Made by a program: the position numbers and the translations under genes
The notes under the pieces: model-generated
What the model saw: the letters and a program-made list of their open reading frames with translations, nothing else
Database searches by the model: none
What the model was told of the DNA's origin: nothing
Shown here: piece after piece, positions 1 through 10,744 of the stretch
Layout of the letters: every line of letters begins with the position of its first letter
Numbering within the stretch: position 1 is the stretch's first letter
From: Octopus vulgaris
Lineage: Eukaryota
Length of the DNA stretch: 64,000 bases
Reading direction: 5' to 3'
Assembly (NCBI GenBank): GCA_951406725.2
Contig: OX597832.1
Coordinates: forward strand, 3,224,001 to 3,288,000

Positions 1-44
1 TTCTTAAGAATGAGCCATACCTGCTGATTATTATTGCAATTATA

Positions 45-329
45 AGGGAAGTGGATTTGCGGAATCATTTTACTGTGGAAGAAATACCTTATTCTGTTTC
101 ATCTAGCTCTTTATGTTCAAATTTTGCCTGGGCAATTTTAACTTACATCCTTTTTTAGGTTGATGAAATATGAATAGCAGCCAAGTACTGAGGTTGATTT
201 AATTAACTAAGCCCCCACAACCTCACCATCGAATTTCAGACTTTGTGCCTTAAGATTTGAGGCTAGAATTGGTAGACCCATTAGAGAATTGGATAAAATT
301 CCTTGCAGAATTTGTTCTGGCTCTTAGCA
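45..329 (+). mobile_element. Degenerate tRNA-derived SINE copies (same family as 30200-30428); the second copy is cut at 329 by the Helitron
   Basis: Motifs tatgttcaaattttgcc, aagtactgaggttgatttaattaact and ctttgtgcct align by eye to the intact copy at 30200-30428 and to other copies. Confidence 0.6.
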
Positions 330-1011
330 TATGTATATATAAAAAGCAGGATGTGTATGTGTGTGTGTTTGTGTATACGTGAATGTAGTTTATGCACGTC
401 CACAAATTAGCACGCATGTCGCTCCAATTTTAGGAGGACATTCGTCATGATCCTAGCTGCATTTTCGTCAAATTATTTTTCCTGAGGCACCCGCGGGTAG
501 TAGTAAAAATCGATTTTCAACCTTAACTTTTACCAATTTTGAAGTTTGCTAACATGAGTTAAGTCCCTTCTTACCATAGCAAAGTGAAAAGGTGTGTGTG
601 TGTGTGAGGGAGAGAGAGAAGTTGTGTTGATGTATGTGTGTGTGTGTGTGTGTGAGGGAGAGAGAAGTTGCGTGTTGATGTATGTGTGTGTGAGGGAGAG
701 ATAGAGTAAGTGACAGCGTATACCAAAAATAAAAATATAAAATGGTTTTTTTTCTTAAACACGAGATATAGTGTTCAAATTTAGGATGTTTTTGAAAGAC
801 ACTATATTTTATAATCAGATTATATATACTGTCTCACACAACAATTAAAATATATTTATTTTAAATCGTTCATCTTTCTCCCCCCTCTCACACACACTCA
901 CATTACTTTGGGCGTGAAAGAGTTTTGTTTTTATTTTACACAGAGGAAAAAGTATTTTGTTGAGAATCCATTTATTTAATAACATAGAAACAAAGAATTA
1001 CATAATATAAA

Positions 1012-1441
1012 TGGGTAAAATTTCTGAGGCTCTACCACACCCACCCCATTTCTTGGGCCACAAAAAGGGTTTTGTAGCATATTAGGAGGTTAGGGTAGTT
1101 GATTAGACGCAAAAAATCCGATTTTATTTTCTTAGTGAAAATCGTGCGAGTGTTATCTAAAAATTTGCCTGGAGTTTTTCATGGTAAATTTGAGACTAAA
1201 AAAATGTTTTCCATATTCTTAATCCCCGTATTTTTCCACGTACATTGAAAAATAGATGGTGAAAAGATCAATGGGTGGTGGGGGGTGAAATTTCCGAGGC
1301 TTCCACCACACCTCACCCTGTTTCTCGGACCACAAAAAGGGCTTTGTAGCATATTAGGAGGCCAGGGTAGTTGATTCCATGCAAAAAATCCAATTTTTTG
1401 TTTTCTTAGTGAAAATCGTGCAAGTGTTAATCTAAAAATTT
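1012..1441 (+). repeat. Direct repeat of about 150 bp inside the Helitron (about 1012-1166 and 1282-1441)
   Basis: Both copies share ccacaaaaaggg..tgtagcatattaggagg..agggtagttgatt..gcaaaaaatcc..cttagtgaaaatcgtgc..atctaaaaattt. Confidence 0.85.
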
Positions 1442-1509
1442 AATCTAAAACCTTTTTCCATTCATTTCTGTTTATGAAATTCTCTGTACATAATTTTGCT
1501 TTCTCAGTG

Positions 1510-3010
1510 GTCAAGGTAAACGATGACTGGCAAAGCAACAGTGCCCTAATGCTGACATTGGATAATGTGCTGATTGAAATCGAGGATGGCCTGCTCAAAA
1601 TGGGTGAGGCAGTATTGGACACATTCAGTTTGCCATCCTCATTGCGATAGGATGTTAACACACTCCCACCAAAGTTATTTCTGTAGTTGTTGTATGACAC
1701 TGATGGCCTTGCGGAGTACCTGAGAATAAATGAACTGAAATTGCTCTCTGATCAGAGGCTGGCGTTCGAATGATCAGAGACTGGCATTTGAAAGTGTCAT
1801 CAGTGCCATTGAAAAACTGGTGGACAGCATTTTTCCCTCGATACTCCTGGAGGTACCAGCAAATCCTTTGTAACACAATTAATACTTGCTAAGATTCGTC
1901 ATGAGAAACAAATTGCGCTAGCCGTTGCCTCCTCAGGAATCGCTGCTACATTATTGCCGGGAGGTAGGATGGCACACTCGGCATTCAAGCTGCCTTTACA
2001 TTTGGTGCGGGCTGAGGTTCCTACTTGCAACATTGGCAAAAATTCAGAGGGAGCTGAAGTTCTTAGACAGTGCTGTCTCATTGTATGGGACGAAAGCACA
2101 ATGGCCAATAAGGGTGCCCTTGAGGCACTTGACCGGCCACTGAAATGTATCAGGGATTCTACTGCTTCTATGGGTGGTGTAACTCTATTGCTTTCAGGAG
2201 ATTTCTGGCAAACCTTTCCTGTCATCCCTAAAGGGAGCCAGGTTGATGAAGTGCACGCATGCCTTAAGTCATCCACATTGTGGCCCCAGGTTAAGACCTT
2301 AAGCCTAAGCACAAACATGCGTGCACACTTGCTTGGTTATAGCACGTCTGCAGCATTTGCTGAAGACATTTTAGCCCTTGGAGAAGGCAAGGTCCCTAGG
2401 AATGATAGGGGTGACATATCCATCTCTGAACTGTGCAACACTGTGGACAACCCTTCCGATCTTTTGGAAACAGTGTTTCCCAATCTGGAAAGTAGTTATG
2501 CTGACATCAATTGGCTCAGTGAAACAACCATCCTGGCCACCCAAAACGTAACTCAGTGCTATCGACGACCAGCTCATAAGCCGAATTCTGGGTGAGGAGC
2601 GCATCTACAAATCGATTGACCGGACCTCTGATCCCCAAGACATTTTCAATTACCTTATCAAATTTCTCAGCTCACTGGAGCCAGCAGGGCTTCCATATCA
2701 CATTCTTAGGCTAAGGGTTGGATGCCTAATTATGCTAATCAGAATCTTGCTTTTGCCTAAACAGTGCAACGGGACCCGCTTAGTAATCAAGTCCCTGACG
2801 CCCTACTTGATTGAGGCCACCATTGTTACAAGATGTGGGAGGGGTGAAAATGTTTTCATTTCAAGGATGCAGCTTTATCTCTCGGGGTCAGGCATGTCAT
2901 TTAACTTCTGCAGATTGCAGTTCCCAGTGAGACCATGCTTCGCCAATGTCCATCAACAAATCCCAAAGCCAATAACTATCGGTGGCAGGTATCCATTTGG
3001 GGTTTTCCAT
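1510..3010 (+). pseudogene. Helitron PIF1-like helicase, frameshifted and with stop codons
   Basis: Walker A relic LDTPGGTSKSF; IALAVASSGIAATLLPGGRMAHSAFKLP; LIVWDESTM; LLSGDFWQTFPV; LSTNMR; LRLRVGCLIMLIR; CNGTRLVI; RLQFPVRPCFA. Several stops and frameshifts; no Rep domain recognised. Confidence 0.9.
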
Positions 3011-3021
3011 TCAATCAGGAT

Positions 3022-3328
3022 AAAAAAATTGATAAACCGATTCTTTATAGGATTTCCCACTAAAATTGGCTAAACCCCATTTACAACCATAACTTTTACC
3101 AGTTTTGACATATTTTGCTCAAACTTGATGGCAGCATTACTTAGGACTCATAGGATCTTTGAATGCCTTAAGTTCTAAAAAAAAAACAAAAAACAATCGA
3201 TGAATGAAAATAATTGACAAACCGATACCTTATGGGATTTCCCAATCAAATTGCCTGCAACCCATTTTTAGCCAAACTTTTACCAATTTCAACAGATTTT
3301 GCTGAAATTTGATGTCGGTGTCACTTAT
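3022..3328 (+). repeat. Degenerate direct repeat of about 115 bp near the Helitron 3' end
   Basis: aattga(t/c)aaaccgat..ggatttccca..aacttttacca..attttgct occurs at about 3025-3140 and 3210-3328. Confidence 0.7.
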
Positions 3329-3403
3329 TTTGGTTTGAAATAAAGTACTTGATCACGTAATAATCCTAACTTAATCCCGGGCAACACCAGGCTATACTAC
3401 TAG

Positions 3404-3915
3404 TTCTGAGTTAAAATTCTACTAAGTTCAGCTGTGCCTTTCATTGTTTTAAAGTTGATAACATAAAGGACTTGTCCTGTACTAAGGTTGAAGATATTAA
3501 CTGATCCTCTTCCTGAAAATATCAGGCTTTGTGCCTATGTTAGAAACAGTTATTAAGGGTAGAAGATTAGAAACAGTTATGAAGGGTGGTGGGTTGGTTG
3601 GTGCATTACAATGTTGGAGTTTTTGTTTTGGTTCTTTACTTTCTAAATTCAAATCCTGCTAAGGTCAACTTTGTTTTTTGTGTTTTTAGATCAATAAATT
3701 AAAGGTACCGGTCAAGTACTAGGATCTGTAGTATCAACTAACCCCTTCTTCCAAATTTGAGGTCCGGTGTCTTTACAAGGAGTTATTGTCACTCATCTTT
3801 TTGGGGTTAAGGAAATAGAGTACCAGTCAAGTAATGGGGTCGATGATATTCATTAATTCTCTCCTCTCAAAATTGTTGGCCTTGTGCCTAAATCAGAAAC
3901 TTTTATTATTGTTAT
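3404..3915 (+). mobile_element. Remainder of the split SINE plus further head-to-tail degenerate SINE copies
   Basis: ttctgagttaaaattc, ttcaaatcctgctaaggtcaactttg, gtaccagtcaagtaatggggtcgat and ggccttgtgccta match the SINE family at 30200. Confidence 0.6.
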
Positions 3916-3949
3916 TACTCATATAATAATTTATGTTATTTCAGGAATA

Positions 3950-6900
3950 ATGGACAACTACAATAAAGAATCCAAAACGGTACCGGAAAGAAACCCAAAT
4001 GTGATTTATAAGAAATTATCAACAGACACAAAATATGACGGAGCTAAATTGAATCAAAATAAATTTAAGAAAGATAATTCAGAACAGTCTGATAAAAATC
4101 AACAATCAAAATCAGTGTCTTCTGATGGAAAGAAATATAAAGCTAAAAAGTCTAAAATAAAATGGAAAAATCTTGAACTTGATTTTCAAAATGATCCTTG
4201 GACATCTGTAAGAACTCATGAATGTTCCAAACACAGAATATGTTGTTTAAACTTGAAATTATTTCAAGACCTGATTGAGAAGGATGCAAGCAGTATTTGT
4301 CTACAGTTGGGATCCTGTGAAGAATGCTTCAAATACTTTCTCAATAAACCAATTGATCTTCACACAACAACATTGTTTTTGAAAGTCTTGAGACAAAGTT
4401 TGAAATCTTTCACACTAAAGGAAATGAACAACAAACATCTGTCACTAATGATGTATTCCACATTCTTTGATCATATCAATGATGTAATTATTGTCATAAG
4501 AGACATAAATGACAAAGAAAAAGACTTCTTAACTGAAATATTAAATATATTTAAAATAATTCTAACACTTACTCCCAGCCATTATGTAAAAGTCATGCAA
4601 ACTGTTGGCATTATAGATATTGCTGTTCAAGATCCTGATTCAGAACTTAATTTGAAAATGAAAGAACTACAAAATCTTTTACAATCTATCAGTTCTGAAC
4701 ATGCACCTAGATCCAGGCAGAGCAGAACAGATTCTTCATATAGTATTGTGGATGATTTTAGGAATCTAAAACTGATTCCCACAGTAGGAGAGATTATTTC
4801 AAATAAGAAACCTATCCTCCATAAAAATATAAAAAAAGGTGTTTATGAAAATCTTGACCATTATCTGGACGTACAGTTCCGTTTGTTACGCGAAGATTTT
4901 GTTGGTCCATTACGTGATGGCTTAGCTTTATTCATCGGTGATAAGAAAATACTGAATGATAAAAAAAATGATGACTTTTATATTTATCATAAAGTATATG
5001 TTATAGATTGGGTAACAACTAAGAATGGCGTTCAATATAAAGTATCATTTGATGTTTCTAAATTCTCAAATATCAATTGGGAACAGAATAAAAGATTTAT
5101 ATTTGGGTCACTTCTCTGTTTGTCTGAAGACAATTTCATAACTACTTACTATGCTACTGTTTCTGATAGGAATTCAGAAGAATTGCAGCAAGGAATTGTT
5201 GCAGTGAACTTCTTTCCTGATGTTAAATTGAATATGGTGATAAATAAGCAATTTGTTATGGTTGAATCAAAAGCTTTTTATGAAGGATATCGACCTATTT
5301 TGATGGGTTTAAAGGAAATTGTTTCTTGTGATTTACCTTTCAAGGATTATATTTTATATGCTGATAAAAATGTGAAGGCTCCAAAATATTTGACAGCTTG
5401 TAGCCCTGTCTTTGATTTATCTTGTCTCACTGATAAATCCAAACTTGTTTATGATTATTCCACCAAAACTGTTAAAGTTCAGAGAACCTCTTCAACTGCC
5501 ATTAAGGTTGATGTTCTAGGTAACAGCTGGCCAGAAGCAGTGTCACTGAATTTCAATGATTCTCAGTTAAGTGCATTTTCCAATATTTTATCCAAAGAAT
5601 TCTCTCTTACACAAGGTCCACCAGGTACAGGAAAGACTTATATTGGTCTTCAGACAGTCAAGGTTCTCTGTAGCAACTATGAGAAATGGTGTGGCAAGCC
5701 AATGCTGATTGTATGTTACACAAACCATTCTTTGGATCAGTTTCTTGAAGGTATTGATAAGTTTTTAGATGGAGGTATTGTTCGAGTTGGAGGACGAAGC
5801 TCTAGTGAAATTCTTAAAAAATATTCTCTGCACCAAATGAAATTAGAATTTTCATGGCAAAATCATTTTGCTCTGAATATAAACAAACAAAATGTTGAAA
5901 AGGAAATAAAAGAACTTAAAAGCAATATTGATGGAAAAACTGACCAGTTTCAGGAAACAAAATATAAAATTGTTTCTATTGATATTCTTGGACAATATAT
6001 GGGTCATCTTTATGACTTGTTAATAGAAGGTTTTCAAGATAATTTTGGGAAACTGAATGGAAATAAATATTTTATCATAGAAGAATGGTTAGGTTTTGGA
6101 GATGTCACAGTTAATGAAGAAAATAGTTTTGAAAAAGTAGCTAATTATGATGAAGTTATTGATGACTCTGATGTTGAATTTCTTCAAAATAATCGTATGC
6201 TTGATACAGATATTGAAGATTTAAGTCAAGCAAGATGTAAAAGAAATCCCGTCTCTGATGAAACAAAAGAAAGTGATAATTTAAACAATACAGATGGATT
6301 TGAAAGAACAGCAAAAGAAAAAGAAAAATTGCAAAAGAGACTCAAAGTGGAATTAAAATCTACAGAGATAATGTCTGTTGAAGAAATTGATTCACTCAAT
6401 TATATTGATTTGTGGATAATGCCTGTTTCCAAACGTTGGTGCCTTTATCGTTATTGGGTATCTCTCTATTCTTCAAAATTATTAGAAGACATTTTTGAAT
6501 TAACAACAGAGTACAACATGGCTGCAAAGAGATTGGAAGAGCTGAAATATGAAGAAGACAAAATCATCTTTCAGAATTCTTTAATCATTGGAATGACGAC
6601 TACAGGTGCTGCTAGATATCGAGCAATTCTTCAAGAAATCCAGCCACGAATTATAATTGTAGAGGAAGCAGCAGAAATTCTTGAGGCTCATATTATAACA
6701 AGCTTAAATTGCAAGTGTGAACAACTTATTCTTATTGGTGATCACAAACAACTGCAACCATCTACAAATGTCTATAAACTTGCAAAACACTACAATTTGG
6801 AAATTTCTCTCTTTGAACGCATGTTTAATAATGACATCGAAGTGAAATGCCTTAACTTTCAACATCGCATGCGGCCTGAAATTGCAGAACTGGTTCATCC

Positions 6901-7630
6901 AATTTATCCAGAGTTAAAAAATCACCATTCAGTGAAACTGTATGATAATATCCATGGAATTAGTAAAAATATATATTTTATTAATCACAATCAGCCAGAA
7001 AATGAAGTTAGATTTGGGACAAGTAAACACAATCCATATGAGGCATCATTTATCACTGGATTATGTTGTTATTTACGAAAACAAGGTTATGAAAGCTCAC
7101 AAATCACTATACTGACAACATATTCAGGACAGTTGTTTTCTATAAAGAAATTGATTAAAACTGAGCGACTATGTGATGGTGTCAGAGTAACCATCATTGA
7201 CAATTATCAAGGAGAAGAAAATGACATAATTTTATTGTCTTTAGTCAGAAGTAATGAGCTTAATTCAGTTGGATATCTAAAAATTGATAACAGAGTATGT
7301 GTTGCATTATCAAGAGCAAAGAAAGGCTTATATGTCATTGGAAATTTTAAGCTTCTTGCTACAAACAGTCCACTTTGGGCAGAAATTTTGTTGTCGTTAG
7401 AGGAGAAGAAAATACTTGTTGATGCAATGATATTGAAATGTCAGAATCATCCTGAAACATGTGCTCAAGTAACATCTTTTGAAGACTTTTGTAAGGCACC
7501 AGAAGGTGGATGTTTAAAACCATGTGAAGCACGTCTAGATTGTGGACACACTTGTGCATTACTGTGTCATCCTTATGATAAGGAACACAAAGGTCATCAG
7601 TTTTGTGAATGTAAGTCAAGCATTAGGTAG
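3950..7630 (+). CDS. ZNFX1: NFX1-type zinc finger-containing protein 1-like SF1 RNA helicase (large single coding exon, C-terminally short)
   Basis: Acceptor ttatttcag at 3944, then ATG at 3950. ZNFX1 signature YLDVQFRLLREDFVGPLRDG, RFIFGSLLCLS, MVESKAFYEGY; Walker A QGPPGTGKT; CYTNHSLDQF; Walker B IVEEAAE; LIGDHKQL; SLFERM; QHRMRPEI; ILTTYSGQ; DNYQGEEND; RVCVALSRAK; first NF-X1 finger PEGGCLKPCEARLDCGHTCALLCHP. Confidence 0.92.
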   Translation: MDNYNKESKTVPERNPNVIYKKLSTDTKYDGAKLNQNKFKKDNSEQSDKNQQSKSVSSDGKKYKAKKSKIKWKNLELDFQNDPWTSVRTHECSKHRICCLNLKLFQDLIEKDASSICLQLGSCEECFKYFLNKPIDLHTTTLFLKVLRQSLKSFTLKEMNNKHLSLMMYSTFFDHINDVIIVIRDINDKEKDFLTEILNIFKIILTLTPSHYVKVMQTVGIIDIAVQDPDSELNLKMKELQNLLQSISSEHAPRSRQSRTDSSYSIVDDFRNLKLIPTVGEIISNKKPILHKNIKKGVYENLDHYLDVQFRLLREDFVGPLRDGLALFIGDKKILNDKKNDDFYIYHKVYVIDWVTTKNGVQYKVSFDVSKFSNINWEQNKRFIFGSLLCLSEDNFITTYYATVSDRNSEELQQGIVAVNFFPDVKLNMVINKQFVMVESKAFYEGYRPILMGLKEIVSCDLPFKDYILYADKNVKAPKYLTACSPVFDLSCLTDKSKLVYDYSTKTVKVQRTSSTAIKVDVLGNSWPEAVSLNFNDSQLSAFSNILSKEFSLTQGPPGTGKTYIGLQTVKVLCSNYEKWCGKPMLIVCYTNHSLDQFLEGIDKFLDGGIVRVGGRSSSEILKKYSLHQMKLEFSWQNHFALNINKQNVEKEIKELKSNIDGKTDQFQETKYKIVSIDILGQYMGHLYDLLIEGFQDNFGKLNGNKYFIIEEWLGFGDVTVNEENSFEKVANYDEVIDDSDVEFLQNNRMLDTDIEDLSQARCKRNPVSDETKESDNLNNTDGFERTAKEKEKLQKRLKVELKSTEIMSVEEIDSLNYIDLWIMPVSKRWCLYRYWVSLYSSKLLEDIFELTTEYNMAAKRLEELKYEEDKIIFQNSLIIGMTTTGAARYRAILQEIQPRIIIVEEAAEILEAHIITSLNCKCEQLILIGDHKQLQPSTNVYKLAKHYNLEISLFERMFNNDIEVKCLNFQHRMRPEIAELVHPIYPELKNHHSVKLYDNIHGISKNIYFINHNQPENEVRFGTSKHNPYEASFITGLCCYLRKQGYESSQITILTTYSGQLFSIKKLIKTERLCDGVRVTIIDNYQGEENDIILLSLVRSNELNSVGYLKIDNRVCVALSRAKKGLYVIGNFKLLATNSPLWAEILLSLEEKKILVDAMILKCQNHPETCAQVTSFEDFCKAPEGGCLKPCEARLDCGHTCALLCHPYDKEHKGHQFCECKSSIR

Positions 7631-9299
7631 CAAAAATTCGTCTATAACAACCATATTAATTTGTAAACAAATATGTACAAAACTTGTGATATAATCAAAG
7701 AGTTAAATAGATATTTATGTATCTTTTTACTAAAAGAGTATTAATGTTGCAGTGAACATAAAATATAAATGCTTTGATAAAAACATATTGCTTCATGTCT
7801 TTCATATATGTTATTGTTATTTTAAAAAAATTGTATATAAAATTTTTTCAAGAAACTGGACTGGTTATTTGAATTCTTACAGATCTACCTCATTCATTTC
7901 AACATGGTAACTTAAAATTAAAACTTGAAATATACTAATATTACTTGTATTCTTTTTCCTCTCTTGTTTTCAGTTCATTTACTATTGTGACTGATAAGAA
8001 AGTATTATATGTACTCTGACATGTACCTTATTTTACTTCACCCATTTTAAACTTTGCTATATAGTTTCCTCTGCTACAGTTCTCTGGTATTCTTGCCACA
8101 AGGTCATGTTTGTTTGGTGTATGTTTCAGTTTCATGTACTCAAATTGACTTGGCACTTGTCTGGAAAATCTTGACTTAAGTTTTTGTTGACAGTCCCTTA
8201 GAGTCTCACATGTTTAGTAGCTAGAGTGCTACTGTCACGTTGCATACATTGGTGTCTCTGCTTCCCTGGTTACTAATGATACTAAGTGGGTGAAAGTATT
8301 AATATTTTTAGTGTTTCCTCTTGTAGCATGGTTTGGTCAGTCGCATAGATTTGAGGATTTTAGTCTTTCATCTCTAGATATTGAAACCAACTCGTGCATA
8401 AGCAACTGTCACATTTGTTTTGATTGCTGGTTATGAGCTGTAGCACCAGATTATTTGTAAGTCCCATTAACTTGTTTTCTGGTTGCTCAGTTGATCCTGT
8501 TTCTTTTCTTTGTATAGATTTTTAATAGTATCAGTTAAACTTGGCAGATGTGATGTTGGAGATATTCTCAAAAAGTCTCCTTGATATTTTATTCTATTCG
8601 GCAATATCTTGTTAAATACATATCTTAGAATGGATTGAATTGTGATCCTCTTTAGGATCTTCATTATACTTGCTAATTTTCTTAAGGCTTCTTAGAATGG
8701 TTGAAGATCACTGTTGTGTAGCTTATTAAAACTAATAATTGTTTAAGTAGCAATTCATTTACATAGTACATTTTAACACACTTTTTTTCATTATCTATTT
8801 GATCCTTTTATTCACCACTTCTTTTCTGTACCATTAATAACTTTTGATTGGCTTAACAATCTCTATGTTCAATTTTTGTAATCTATCCTTTCATCCTATA
8901 CCCAATCATTGCTAATTAATAAATTCAAATGGCTAATTAATAGGGCCGGTGTGGAAGTGATAGCAAATGCCTAATTAATAAATTCAACAAACTGTCAGAG
9001 CCTCTCACCAACATATTACAACCATCAGCCCACAGATATGCCGATTCTTCTCTCTGCCTCTTCTACCTCTACTATGAGGACTTCTAATCAAGTTGAATAT
9101 CCTTTCTATCCAAGTATTCCAACAAATATCTCTCTTTACTGTGTGTCATCTCCCTAGATTCAGACTTTGTCCAATCATTCCTTGCTAGAATAGACTTTTC
9201 TGGAATTCTCCCTCCACCATGTTTTTCTTACAGATATTAACTTACAGAGGTCCAAATTAAATTCAAACACATAGATCTCACTTGTCTAAGTAGGCATGC

Positions 9300-10150
9300 A
9301 TATTGTAAACTTATCAAAATGTTCCTGGAATAGTTCCAGCGACCTTCATGAGGCAATGTGCTGAGTGTTATTGCTGTATTTACTTTGCAAGTTGTAAAAT
9401 TTGTGTTTTTGTGATCACATGTGTGCTGCAATCTACGATTTTGTCATGGACAGGAAGGTAGAACAAAGACCCAACATGAAAGTTTGTGTTAAACTTGAGA
9501 AGTCTGCTGCAGAGACATTGAGTATGACCCTGAGATGAAGCAACAGTCATAATTGAAGAGCCCTTCATCTCCACACCCAAAAAAGGCACTACAGAGCTGC
9601 AGCTCAATCATGAGCATGCTCATCGTTTTTTTCAATATCTGTGGTATTGTGCCACAAGAATTCATCCCCCAGGGCCAGACAGTCAGTCGAGAGTTCCACG
9701 GTGATGTTTTGAAGGGTTTGAAGGAGGACATTCAGTGAAAGCGACTGGATCTGTGGAGTGTGAAGAATTGGATTCTTCTCCATGACAATGCACCCTGTCA
9801 CTGAGCTCTATTCACTCATGAGTTTCATGCCAAAAACAATATGTTATCACTTCCACACCAGCCCTATTTGCCAAATTTAGCACCTATAGACTTCCATCTC
9901 ATGCCCAAGATGAAAATGCTGCGTAAAGGTTGCTATTTTAACACTGTTGTCAAGATCCAGAGCAAATCATAGAAGGTCTTTGACTCACTTATGGAAAATG
10001 AATTCCAGGCCAGATTCTGAAAGCGGCAGGTATGCTGGGACCAGCGTATTGCTGCACAAGGTTTTGAAGGAGATGATGTTAAGACTTAGGGAAATAAGTT
10101 ATTTTATATTAAGCATAAATAGTCTGAGAACTTTTTGATACCACCTTGTA
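9300..10150 (+). mobile_element. Internally deleted mariner (DD34D) transposon relic
   Basis: MLIVFFNICGIV..EFIPQGQTV, WILLHDNAPCH and PHQPYLPNLAPIDF motifs. Right TIR agtctgagaactttttgataccaccttgta ends in TA; degenerate left TIR tatcaaaatgttcctgga. Confidence 0.8.
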
Positions 10151-10691
10151 TGTCATGGGAATTAGTATTTCCTTGAGTCAAGGTTCACCAGACCTTTCCT
10201 TTTTTTAATCACATGACACTCCCACTTTCTTCTTAAATTATATAGTACAAGGTGCAGACACTATTCGTCAAGTGTGCTTGGATCATCAGGGAACACTTTA
10301 TTGCATTCTGTTATGGAGATCAGTGCTGTAGAATGTTTCATTGATGATCCATTCCAGTTAGGTATCCGAATGAACTTGAAACACCCAATGCTGAGTTCCA
10401 AATAACTTCAATGGTTAAAACATATGTAGGAACTAAATATTTATACTGATGGTCATCTTAATTTCCACTACGAATACTCTTACATTATAACTAGTAACAC
10501 TACTAAGTGTAGAGGTTGTTTAACCACTACAATGGAAGCTGACTGGATAATGATAAGCTATGTGGAGCTCTAACTCTTACAGTAGTAGACATTCATCTAA
10601 CTGTACACACAAAATGTACATCAATCTGATGAAGGCTTAGCTTAAAAATTCAAAGTCACTGTCAATGACAGTGTTAAAGAACAAAAAAAAA

Positions 10692-10739
<48 letters not shown>

Positions 10740-10744
<5 letters not shown>

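Larger units (their letters stand above)
330..3403 (+). mobile_element. Decayed Helitron (rolling-circle transposon) with both termini
   Basis: 5' end T(A)TGTATATATAAAAAAG follows an A (start 330 or 332; canonical TC decayed). 3' subterminal GC hairpin CCCGGGCAACACCAGG at 3376-3391, terminal CTAG at 3400-3403 followed by T. No TSD. Internal PIF1-like helicase relic. Confidence 0.85.

Noticed and set aside
1440-2604. Minus-strand ORFs over the Helitron
   Set aside because: Antisense shadows of the + strand helicase relic
3884-3949. N-terminal 22 codons of the 1248-aa ORF (GTG start)
   Set aside because: Mostly SINE tail and intron sequence upstream of the acceptor at 3944; ATG 3950 is the more plausible start
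10626-10680. CTGATGA followed by hairpin cactgtca-a-tgacagtg as a hammerhead
   Set aside because: No GAAA in the right place and no stem I partner
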